The translations under genes were made by a program, and so were the position numbers. This document shows positions 20,789 through 29,479 of a stretch of DNA of 64,000 nucleotides, in pieces (position 1 is the stretch's first letter; each line of letters starts with the position of its first letter). The DNA is from an uncultured Muribaculaceae bacterium (GTDB taxonomy: Bacteria; Bacteroidota; Bacteroidia; Bacteroidales; Muribaculaceae). The DNA lies in the NCBI GenBank assembly GCA_910579845.1, contig CAJTWL010000002.1, positions 107,074-171,073 of the forward strand. Direction: 5' to 3'. The notes beneath the pieces were generated by a model. That model did no database searches. It was given only the letters and a program-made list of their open reading frames with translations, and was not told the origin of the DNA.

Positions 20789-20828
20789 ATAAGGGTGCAG
20801 TTCAAAAAAATTGCATCCTTATCTTTTT
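20789..20828 (+). terminator. Probable intrinsic terminator after the GHL10 gene
   Basis: ATAAGGGTGCAG...TTGCATCCTTAT stem followed by CTTTTT. Confidence 0.55.
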
Positions 20829-20904
20829 AAACATACTCTAAGAAGCTAAAGTCAGCTTGACTTTTCTATCTGTATATCATAAAAAAATATGCGCTATTCT
20901 GCAC

Positions 20905-20948
20905 AAAAAATAACAGATACGTCAAAATTGCCGTATCTGTTATTTTTT
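20905..20948. promoter_or_regulatory. Perfect 17-bp inverted repeat just upstream of the susC2 promoter (operator or terminator)
   Basis: AAAAAATAACAGATACG-tcaaaattgc-CGTATCTGTTATTTTTT. Confidence 0.55.
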
Positions 20949-20974
20949 ACTTTTTATTTATCATAACATACTTT

Positions 20975-20982
20975 TACATTTG
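20975..20982 (+). promoter_or_regulatory. -7 promoter box (TACATTTG) for the second susC locus
   Basis: TAnnTTTG match 42 bp upstream of ATG. Confidence 0.55.
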
Positions 20983-21024
20983 TTGACATTATAGAAACTA
21001 TAAATCTAATCTAACAGTCAAATT

Positions 21025-24000
21025 ATGAAACAGCCTCAAAAACTAATGCTGTTATTGGCGACAGTCCTGTTGACGTCGGTGTCTGCCTTCGCATCATCGC
21101 GTACACTGACAGGAACCGTGGTAGACTCACAGAAAGAGCCGGTCATCGGAGCCAGTATCATGCTTGTAAAATCATCTACAGGATGTATGACAGACACAGA
21201 CGGAGCTTTCACATTGAAAGTTCCCGAAGGTCCGGTGTCCCTCAAGATTTCTTATGTGGGATGTGTCACACAGACAGTCAAGGTTGCCGCCAACCAAAGT
21301 ATAGTCAACGTCACTATGCAAGAGGATGCTCAATCGCTCGAAGAGACGATTGTGGTAGGTTACGGTACACAAAAGAAAGTCAACCTCACCGGAGCAGTGG
21401 CATCTGTCGACGGCAAGAGTCTTGAAGATCGTCCCGCAAGTTCAATTTCCACAATGCTTCAAGGCTCTGTTTCGGGTCTTAACGTAACCGTTTCTTCCGG
21501 TGTACCCGGAAGCTCACCCGACCTCAATATCCGAGGGACAGCCTCTATCAACGGCGGTTCTCCCCTTGTGCTTATCGATGGGTCAATTGGCGAGATAAAC
21601 AATGTCAATCCAAATGACGTGCAGTCGATCTCGGTGATAAAGGATGCATCCGCAGCGGCAGTATACGGTGCCCGCGCCGCTTTCGGTGTGATTCTTGTCA
21701 CTACCAAAAACGGCAAAAACGACGGCAAAGCCACAGTACGCTACAACGGACGTTTCGGTTGGCAGGAACCCACTACCAGCACAGATTACGAAACCCGCGG
21801 CTACATGAGTGTCTACACAATCAACAAATTCTGGCAATCGGGCAACAATGGCAACAACTATGTCCAATATGATAACGATGACATGATGGCTTTGCTCGAG
21901 CGTATCAATGACAAAACCGAGAATCCTGCCCGTCCATGGGTTGTGGAGCAGACCGTAGGCGGTAAACGTGTATGGAAATACTACGGCAACTACGACTGGT
22001 ACAACACTCTTTTCCAGAAACGCCACTTCCAGACACAGCATAACATCTCACTGAGCGGAGGCTCAAAGATCATGAGATATTTCGTTTCAGGAAGCCTTGA
22101 CCATAACAACGGTTATCTGAAAATAAATCCAGACAAATACCGCAAATACACACTCCGTGCAAAAGTTGATTTTGACATCAACAAATATGCCAACTTCAGC
22201 AACAACACATCATTCTTTGGTTCTACATATGAGTTCCAGGGAGATGGTACTGTCGAGAACACAATGGCATATTCAGCCGAGCATGGTCTCCCCATATTCC
22301 CTATGCACAATCCCGGCTTCTACGACAGCGAAGGAAATCTGCAGGACGGAGGATATGTATACAATCAGCCCTGGACCAACTATCAGGTAGCCAACGGACG
22401 CCACATCATCGTCTCCGAAGGAAGCCACCGTAACACCAAGCGTTGGTCAGACTTCACGACAACATCACGTCTGAATATCACACCCGTCAAGCAACTGGTA
22501 TTGTCGGCAGACTTCACATATCGCCTGTATCAGACAAGAAATACATTCCGTTCACAGCCCTTCTATTTCCGCCAGACTCCTGACTCTCCACTCGAATCGT
22601 ATGCAAAGGGAGCAGGTCTTGACGAACTTCAGGAGAGCATAAACACACGCCACTACTATTCAGTCAACGCTATTGCAACCTATCAGGACACCTTCAAAGA
22701 CTCCCACAACCTGAAGGTAATGGCAGGTTACAACTATGAGACCATGAACTATAAGAATGTCGGCGTTGTCGGCGAGAATTTCGCTTCAACTGATCTTGAT
22801 GACCTCGAACTTATTGTTCCGGACGCTGATGGACAGACAAAGACAAGCGTAAGCGGTGGTCAGCGCCAATACTCCACACAGGGTATCTTCGGACGTATCA
22901 ACTATGACTATGAAGGCAAATATCTCGTCGAGCTATCCGGACGCTACGATGGATCTTCACGATTCGCAAAAGGGAACCGTTGGGGCTTTTTCCCCTCCGG
23001 ATCACTCGGATGGCGCTTCTCAGAAGAGAAATTCTTCGAATCATTGCAGCCCTGGTGGAGCAATGGTAAGATTCGTTTCTCATACGGTACTCTTGGAAAC
23101 CAGAACGTCAGTTCATATTATACTTTCCTCCGTCAGATCAGCATAAAAGACTTCTCCGCCTTCTCATTCGGCGAGGGTTCGACAATGGCTCAGTATGCTA
23201 CCCTTGGCGCTCCGATCGCAGGAGACCTTTCATGGGAGACTGCCCACCAGTGGGATCTCGGTTTTGACTTAGGTTTCTTCAACAACCGTCTTAACGCGGC
23301 TGTCGATCTATACATTCGTGATACTAAAAACATGCTTACAGATGGCATCACCATTCCGACAGTATTCGGCGCGGATCCACCGGACATGAATACTGCCGAC
23401 CTTCGCACAAAGGGTTACGAGCTGTCTCTTAACTGGAACGATTCATTCAATCTGTTCGGACATCCTTTCTCATACGGAGTAGGATTCAACATAAGCGACT
23501 ATCAGGCTAAGATTACAAAATACCTCAGCAACGGGAACAAAGTACTGAGCGAGAAATACTATGAAGGAAAACGTCTTGGCGAGATCTGGGGATTCGTTAC
23601 CGACGGTCTGTTCAAAACAGATGAGGAGGCTAAGGAATACACCACCCGTATCGATCACAGCTACATCGGAACAGCCCGTCTTGAAGGCGGCTGGTTGGCA
23701 GGCGATGTCAAATTCGTGGATCTTGACGGAAACGGCGAGATAGGAATCGGCAAGAACACTGTCGAAGACCACGGCGACCGCAAAGTGCTTGGCAATTCAC
23801 TTGCTTCACTCCAATACGGTATCCGCGCAAACTTCAACTATGTAGGAATCGACTTCAACATCTTCTTCCAGGGAACCGGTAACCATTATTGGTATCCGGC
23901 AGCACGAAACGGACAGTTCTGGGGATGCTATTCTTATTCATACCTAAGCTATATGCCCAAAGACTTCCTTGACCAATGCTGGAGCGAAGATAATCCGGAT

Positions 24001-24336
24001 GCATACTTCCCACGTCCACGATGCTATTTGTCATCAGGCGGTTACCTGAAACCGGCTATGCTTAATGACCGTTACTTGCAGAATCTTCGTTACTTACGTT
24101 TGAAGAACCTGACAGTGGGTTACACATTCCCCAACAAGTGGACCCGCAAGGCAGGCATTGACAAGGTTCGCGTATATTTCTCAGGTGAAAACCTCTGCTA
24201 CTGGTCTCCATTCCACACAAAATATATCGACCCTGAGAATGGTTTCCGAAGAAATAATGATTCAACCAACGCCGCTGAGCAGATGACCTATCCCTGGCCC
24301 AAAACAATCATGTTCGGACTTGACCTCGCATTCTAA
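21025..24336 (+). CDS. susC: SusC/RagA TonB-dependent transporter without N-terminal signalling extension
   Basis: EPVIGASI, VVGYGTQKKVNLTGAV, ISVIKDASAAAVYGARAAFGVILVTTK, RYDGSSRF, C-terminal F. Confidence 0.95.
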   Translation: MKQPQKLMLLLATVLLTSVSAFASSRTLTGTVVDSQKEPVIGASIMLVKSSTGCMTDTDGAFTLKVPEGPVSLKISYVGCVTQTVKVAANQSIVNVTMQEDAQSLEETIVVGYGTQKKVNLTGAVASVDGKSLEDRPASSISTMLQGSVSGLNVTVSSGVPGSSPDLNIRGTASINGGSPLVLIDGSIGEINNVNPNDVQSISVIKDASAAAVYGARAAFGVILVTTKNGKNDGKATVRYNGRFGWQEPTTSTDYETRGYMSVYTINKFWQSGNNGNNYVQYDNDDMMALLERINDKTENPARPWVVEQTVGGKRVWKYYGNYDWYNTLFQKRHFQTQHNISLSGGSKIMRYFVSGSLDHNNGYLKINPDKYRKYTLRAKVDFDINKYANFSNNTSFFGSTYEFQGDGTVENTMAYSAEHGLPIFPMHNPGFYDSEGNLQDGGYVYNQPWTNYQVANGRHIIVSEGSHRNTKRWSDFTTTSRLNITPVKQLVLSADFTYRLYQTRNTFRSQPFYFRQTPDSPLESYAKGAGLDELQESINTRHYYSVNAIATYQDTFKDSHNLKVMAGYNYETMNYKNVGVVGENFASTDLDDLELIVPDADGQTKTSVSGGQRQYSTQGIFGRINYDYEGKYLVELSGRYDGSSRFAKGNRWGFFPSGSLGWRFSEEKFFESLQPWWSNGKIRFSYGTLGNQNVSSYYTFLRQISIKDFSAFSFGEGSTMAQYATLGAPIAGDLSWETAHQWDLGFDLGFFNNRLNAAVDLYIRDTKNMLTDGITIPTVFGADPPDMNTADLRTKGYELSLNWNDSFNLFGHPFSYGVGFNISDYQAKITKYLSNGNKVLSEKYYEGKRLGEIWGFVTDGLFKTDEEAKEYTTRIDHSYIGTARLEGGWLAGDVKFVDLDGNGEIGIGKNTVEDHGDRKVLGNSLASLQYGIRANFNYVGIDFNIFFQGTGNHYWYPAARNGQFWGCYSYSYLSYMPKDFLDQCWSEDNPDAYFPRPRCYLSSGGYLKPAMLNDRYLQNLRYLRLKNLTVGYTFPNKWTRKAGIDKVRVYFSGENLCYWSPFHTKYIDPENGFRRNNDSTNAAEQMTYPWPKTIMFGLDLAF

Positions 24337-24529
24337 GAAGTGATTTAAACTTTTTGCGAAAACTTAATGAAAGTGAATTTATGTATTCTTCGAGGTCAAT
24401 CTTCATCAATATTTTGGCATCTTCCGCCCCTTTCATCGGTTGCATAGCCCGCTATGCTCCCTCTTCAAAAAACGGAATCTGCTCAGAATCTTAATGAACC
24501 TTAACCTCGAAAAAAGTTTAAATCACTTC
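24337..24529 (-). mobile_element. MITE-like structured element, copy 2 (193 bp, inverted)
   Basis: TIR GAAGTGATTTAAACTTTTT / AAAAAGTTTAAATCACTTC; TAA on both sides, the left one being the susC stop; - strand core GAAGAGGGAGCATAGCGGGCTATGCAACCGATGA at 24433-24466. Confidence 0.8.
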
Positions 24530-24549
24530 TAACCTTAACAATAGAAACA

Positions 24550-26370
24550 ATGAAAAAAATATATATTTCTACCATTACTTCCTTGTTGATGTTTACCGCG
24601 TGCGAAAGCGCGATAGACCTCACACCGAAGTCTCAGTTGTCGGAGAGCGACTATTTCAAGAATGAGACCCAGCTGCAGCTCTTCTCAAATACATTCTATA
24701 ATAACATGCTCGACAAAACTCCATATGACGAGCAAAGCGACATTTTTGTAGCGAACCCGCTGTCAAGCCTCGTTGTCAACGGATCACAGCGCACAGTCCC
24801 CGGCTCAGGCGGCGGCTGGACATGGACCGATCTCAGAAAGATCAATACTCTTCTCGACCACATGTATCTTTGCCCGGATAAGACTGCAGTTAACAAATAT
24901 ACAGCTGTATCCCGTTTCTTTCGCGCATTCTTTTACTTCGAGAAAGTGAAACGTTTCGGTGATGTGCCATGGTATGAACATGAAATGGAAACCAATGATC
25001 CGGCTCTCTACAACGGCCGGGACTCACGTGAATTTGTGATGCAGAGAATGCTTGAAGACATCGACTATGCGATTGAATATCTCCCCTCTAAAAACGCGGA
25101 GAGTTCAGCTCCATATCGTGTCACAAAAGCGGCGGCTCTCGCCCTTAAAGCTCAGTTCTGCCTCTTCGAAGGGACTTTCCGCAAATACCACAACCTCTCT
25201 TACGAAGGAGAAACATTCGAACATAATGGAGTCAAGAAGAACGGCAACTCATACCAATTCTACCTTGAGCAGGCGGCTGACGCGGCTGAGCGTGTAATTG
25301 AAGGAGAAGCCGGAGCATATAAACTCTACTCTACAGGAAATCCGCAAAGAGATTATCAGCAGCTGTTCCTAAATGAAGACGCAGATACCAACGAGTACAT
25401 TCTTGCACTCAAATTCGAGATGGGTCTGAAGATTTTCCATGCAGCGAACTTCAAGATGATTCAGCCGACCCAGGGCAACTATGGTTATACCCGCAAGTTC
25501 ATCAATTCATATCTTATGGCAGATGGCACGCGCTTTACAGACAAACTGGGTTGGCAGACCATGCTCTTCGCCGATGAAATGAAAGACCGAGATCCGCGTC
25601 TGTCTCAGACAATCCGCGGCTTGAGATATAAGCGAGAAGGTGAAACAACCGTAACACCCGCTGAACTCCTCAAATCCGTTACAGGATACAAGCCTATAAA
25701 ATTTGTACTCTCGGCAGAAGCCACCGGTCAGGACAGAAACGATTACAACACCAACGACCTGCCTGTTTACCGTCTGGCAGAGGTTTATCTGAACTTTGCC
25801 GAAGCAAAAGCCGAGTTGGGAACTCTGACACAGACAGACCTTGACAAGAGTGTCAACCTGATACGCAAACGCGCCGGAATGCCAAACATGTATCTTGCCG
25901 CCGCCAATGCAAATCCTGACACATATCTGGCATCGGCTGAATATGGCTATCCTAACGTTACGGGAGAGAATCAGGGCGTTATTCTTGAGATTCGTCGTGA
26001 ACGGACTATCGAACTTACACAAGAGAACTTCCGTTACGATGACATCCGCCGCTGGAAATGCGGAGCGGCATGCAACCAGGCGCTCACAGGCATGTATTTC
26101 CCGGGTCCGGGATCTTATGACATGTCGGGCGACGGAAAGGCAAATGTTGTACTCTACACTTCTGACCAGCCCAAGCCATCTGCAAGCGGATGCGAAGTTC
26201 TTGAGATCGGGAAAGACATTCACCTGACCAACGGAAATTCAGGTTATCTCAATTACTTCCATGCCCAGTCAATCTTCCCGTTCAACGAAGTGCGCGATTA
26301 CTTATATCCCCTTCCTACAGATCAATTGAGTATAAACCCGAACCTGAAACAAAATCCGGGATGGAAGTAG
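24550..26370 (+). CDS. susD: SusD/RagB surface lipoprotein
   Basis: Lipobox FTAC; FFRAFFYFEKVKRFGDVPW, RDPRL, YRLAEVYLNFAEA, ERTIEL...RYDDIRRW, QNPGW. Confidence 0.95.
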   Translation: MKKIYISTITSLLMFTACESAIDLTPKSQLSESDYFKNETQLQLFSNTFYNNMLDKTPYDEQSDIFVANPLSSLVVNGSQRTVPGSGGGWTWTDLRKINTLLDHMYLCPDKTAVNKYTAVSRFFRAFFYFEKVKRFGDVPWYEHEMETNDPALYNGRDSREFVMQRMLEDIDYAIEYLPSKNAESSAPYRVTKAAALALKAQFCLFEGTFRKYHNLSYEGETFEHNGVKKNGNSYQFYLEQAADAAERVIEGEAGAYKLYSTGNPQRDYQQLFLNEDADTNEYILALKFEMGLKIFHAANFKMIQPTQGNYGYTRKFINSYLMADGTRFTDKLGWQTMLFADEMKDRDPRLSQTIRGLRYKREGETTVTPAELLKSVTGYKPIKFVLSAEATGQDRNDYNTNDLPVYRLAEVYLNFAEAKAELGTLTQTDLDKSVNLIRKRAGMPNMYLAAANANPDTYLASAEYGYPNVTGENQGVILEIRRERTIELTQENFRYDDIRRWKCGAACNQALTGMYFPGPGSYDMSGDGKANVVLYTSDQPKPSASGCEVLEIGKDIHLTNGNSGYLNYFHAQSIFPFNEVRDYLYPLPTDQLSINPNLKQNPGWK

Positions 26371-26390
26371 AATTAAAGTTTACAATTTAA

Positions 26391-26582
26391 GAGTGTGTTT
26401 GGATTTAACTTTCCTTTACATGAAGAGTTGTTTTCGAGGGAATTTCACAAGCTGAAGAAGGAGCATAGCGGGCTATGCGACTGATGAGACTTGTGAAATT
26501 CACCGGAAAGAACCTTCAGGGGAAGGGAAAGAATATTCCAGACATACTCAAAATATAATTCGTGTTAAATTCAAATACACTC
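26391..26582 (+). mobile_element. MITE-like structured element, copy 3 (192 bp)
   Basis: TIR GAGTGTGTTTGGATTTAAC / GTTAAATTCAAATACACTC, both mismatches G-T; TAA on both sides; core GAAGAAGGAGCATAGCGGGCTATGCGACTGATGA at 26454-26487. Confidence 0.8.
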
Positions 26583-26599
26583 TAAGACTAACATACATA

Positions 26600-28126
26600 A
26601 TGAAAAAATTTAATTATATATTATACGCGCTTGTGCTGGCATGCTCCCTATCCTTGTGGAGCTGTAAAGACAACGATGACGACATGTCAAAGGCTGTGTT
26701 GGCAAGCGCTTCAAGTCTGTTTTTTGAGGCTACCGAGCCGACATCCCAGATTATCAAGATTGTTTCCGAAGGCAATTGGGTAGCCGATGTACCCGAATGG
26801 GTTACTATAGAGCCCATGAGTGGAACAGCCGGAGTAACAGAAGTGAAAATTACTGTGTCTGATAACATTCGCGATAAAGAAATCGACACTCCGCGTACCG
26901 GCGAGATTGTGTTCAGAGGCAATCTCATTAGAAGCCGCGTTGTTGTGAAGGTTCAGCAGGAGGGTGATAAATTCCGTGCAGGCAAAGAATATACTGTTCC
27001 TGAATTGGACGGTGTTGCAAACGGAACAATTGTCACACTTAAGAACGTGATTGTATGCGCCACAAACTCAACAGGATGTATTGTTACCGACGGTACAGAA
27101 TTCACCTTCATCAGCAACCCCGTCACTAAAATTTCTGTCGGACAAAAGATTTCTGTCGGAGGTGAGAAGCAGACCGATTCCAACAAATTCCCATACGTCA
27201 AGGGTGAAAAGATATATGACGTTACAACGGCAGCCGTGCCGCAATTCACAGCTGTGGATATCACTGACAAACTGGATTCATACAAAAACGCAAAGCGTGC
27301 GTTCGTTTCCATGACCGGTGATGTAGACGGTTCTAAAATCACTGTTGAAGGTGCAAAAAATACTGTCAACACAACCAATGTAAGCGACGGTATAGAAATA
27401 CCCAACGGACACAAGGTGAAAATTGAAGGTATCTATACTGGAACAGCGGCTCCCTCTGTAGAAATATTCGTCACCAAAGTTGAAGATCTTGGTGTCAACG
27501 AAATTATCTTCTTCGCCGACGACTTCGAATGGTTCGAGCCGTTCTCTACAGCAAGCCAGTATCCTGCCGGCGACCATATCGGCACCGGAATCACCGTGAC
27601 AACAACCACCGGCGAAGCGAACAAAGTCCAATGTCCCAACATCGTTTCAAAGAGCTATATGTCAGACGGCAAGACACTTCGCGTCGCTCTGGAGGAGAAG
27701 GGCTATGGACTGCTATGGGGTATTCATTCATCAAAGAAACAGGGTGAATGCATCTATATTATGAGGAACTACCTGAAGATGGGCAAGACTGCCTTCCAAG
27801 CTGGTCTGACACTTCCTAAAATACCGGAGATAGCAAATCAAAAAACAGTCATGACATTCGACTGGTGTCCGATGAAAGGAAGCGGCGGTTTCGACGAGAC
27901 CAAACTCGAAGTTGTAATCAAAACCGGCTCAAATGAGGTTAAAATCAACGTACCCGAGAGTACATTGACTTCCGATGACCAGATGCAGTGGATTCCGGTA
28001 ACAATTGATCTTACTAAAGTAGCTCTTGACGCTAATTCCACCATCACAATCAAGTCAACCCAGTGGGAAGACACTGGTATCTACCGTTGGTTTATCGATA
28101 ACATCAAGATCAAACTTGCAGAATAA
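26600..28126 (+). CDS. BACON-domain surface lipoprotein (putative substrate-binding protein)
   Basis: Lipobox LWSC; W...PEWVTIEP.SG.AG...V.I.V..N...RTGEIVF BACON pattern; position after susD. Confidence 0.75.
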   Translation: MKKFNYILYALVLACSLSLWSCKDNDDDMSKAVLASASSLFFEATEPTSQIIKIVSEGNWVADVPEWVTIEPMSGTAGVTEVKITVSDNIRDKEIDTPRTGEIVFRGNLIRSRVVVKVQQEGDKFRAGKEYTVPELDGVANGTIVTLKNVIVCATNSTGCIVTDGTEFTFISNPVTKISVGQKISVGGEKQTDSNKFPYVKGEKIYDVTTAAVPQFTAVDITDKLDSYKNAKRAFVSMTGDVDGSKITVEGAKNTVNTTNVSDGIEIPNGHKVKIEGIYTGTAAPSVEIFVTKVEDLGVNEIIFFADDFEWFEPFSTASQYPAGDHIGTGITVTTTTGEANKVQCPNIVSKSYMSDGKTLRVALEEKGYGLLWGIHSSKKQGECIYIMRNYLKMGKTAFQAGLTLPKIPEIANQKTVMTFDWCPMKGSGGFDETKLEVVIKTGSNEVKINVPESTLTSDDQMQWIPVTIDLTKVALDANSTITIKSTQWEDTGIYRWFIDNIKIKLAE

Positions 28127-28194
28127 ATATTATCAGCCCGGGGAGGCGGGAAACCGTTTCCCCGGATTTAAAAGTTATTTAAAATTAATCAATT

Positions 28195-29316
28195 ATGAAA
28201 TTTCTTAATCGCTATACGATTCTAACATTCATGGCTGTCGTTTTAATGTCGGGCTGTGGCGAAGACAAAACCGATCCCCTGCATCCAATGGATCCCCCTC
28301 CTCCAGTCAAAGACGATCCATCCCAACCTGGAAATCCGGATGAATCAACGCCATTATGGATTACCGATGCTCTCACCGAGTCAATGTGGTATAGTACCGG
28401 AACTCTGCGCACCACATCCGCAGTGATGCAGTCGTTCGATATCAATTTCTCCACCAATAAAATCTACTACTCCCAGCTCAACAACAATTATAGGCTCTAC
28501 ATCTCATGGAGCGGCAAAAATTCGACAAAGCATGAAGGATGCATGACTCTCAACTATTTCGGTCATGGCAGCAACTTCACTCTGGAGGATACCGGTGCCG
28601 GCTTCATCTGGATTGGCAATTACGCATCCAAAAACGCAAATGGCGAATATTGGTACGACCAGGTCGTGTCAAGAGTGCCTGTCAAAGATGGCGCCACCGT
28701 TAATCCCTGGGACTGCACCGACAATTACTATTTCGATGAGACCAATCTTTCTGTAGCAGTCGATTTCGAGAACGACAGACTTACCATCCTGGGTATCACG
28801 ACAGGAAGAATCCGCACATACAAGTTAAGCGATCTCAGAGCCCTCCCCATCGAATCAATAACTCTCAACCCGGTTACTTATGGTGGCGACAAGGCTCCCG
28901 ATGCAGAAACTACAAAAACCCACACCATCCAGGCGAGAGACTGCCGTAAGGTCACACCTATCGGCGATTTCTCCATCCAGAGATGGAACGGAGTCTCATG
29001 GCAAGGATTTGATGTATCCGGCGACCTGATCTTCCAGATGCAGGGTAACGGCAACAATAATGACGGTGCGGCCGCTTCGACAGGCTGGCTTCTTGTCTAC
29101 AAACTTGACGGCACAATAGTAGTTGACCGCACGCCGATAAAAGCAATTGAAGACCTTGCCAAGCTCAAGCAATGGGGCATCACCGACACCGGCTATATGG
29201 AACCTGAAGGTGTGAAAGTTCGCGGTGGAAACCTGTATATAGGTTTTGCTTCAAAAGGATCAAAAAATGAGCGTCGGGGCACCATCTTCAAATATTCGTT
29301 AGACGCGCTGAAATAA
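28195..29316 (+). CDS. Lipoprotein with putative TagC/phage RBP-like beta-propeller
   Basis: Lipobox MSGC, Pro-rich linker; VMQSF, FGHG, WQGF and EPEG motifs recalled from TagC/P68-RBP-like propellers (not verified by search). Confidence 0.55.
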   Translation: MKFLNRYTILTFMAVVLMSGCGEDKTDPLHPMDPPPPVKDDPSQPGNPDESTPLWITDALTESMWYSTGTLRTTSAVMQSFDINFSTNKIYYSQLNNNYRLYISWSGKNSTKHEGCMTLNYFGHGSNFTLEDTGAGFIWIGNYASKNANGEYWYDQVVSRVPVKDGATVNPWDCTDNYYFDETNLSVAVDFENDRLTILGITTGRIRTYKLSDLRALPIESITLNPVTYGGDKAPDAETTKTHTIQARDCRKVTPIGDFSIQRWNGVSWQGFDVSGDLIFQMQGNGNNNDGAAASTGWLLVYKLDGTIVVDRTPIKAIEDLAKLKQWGITDTGYMEPEGVKVRGGNLYIGFASKGSKNERRGTIFKYSLDALK

Positions 29317-29326
29317 AACCATAGAT

Positions 29327-29452
29327 CGTATATTTGCATTGCCGAAATGCAATATTAGGTATTAGTTATTATAAAATAAATTAGGTATTAGTTATTACAA
29401 AATAATTGTAAGTAACGAAAATGTTTATTGCTTCCGGCAATGCTTATATACG
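29327..29452. repeat. Imperfect inverted repeat enclosing a 2x26-bp tandem repeat
   Basis: CGTATATTTGCATTGCCG..GCAATA / TATTGC..CGGCAATGCTTATATACG; ATTAGGTATTAGTTATTA(T/C)AAAATAA at 29354-29379 and 29380-29405; TATATTTG box at 29329-29336. Confidence 0.75.
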
Positions 29453-29479
29453 GTTTATATTTCAAACAATTCTTCCATA

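Noticed and set aside
26481..26498. CTGATGA followed by GAAA in copy 3, resembling a hammerhead ribozyme core
   Set aside because: The other three copies have CCGATGA, no stem II lies between the motifs, and the GAAA is paired in the rod.
26391..26582. Retron msr/msd-like topology (terminal repeats plus long hairpin) or 6S RNA-like rod
   Set aside because: No reverse transcriptase nearby, and multiple dispersed copies with 3-bp flanking duplications fit neither.
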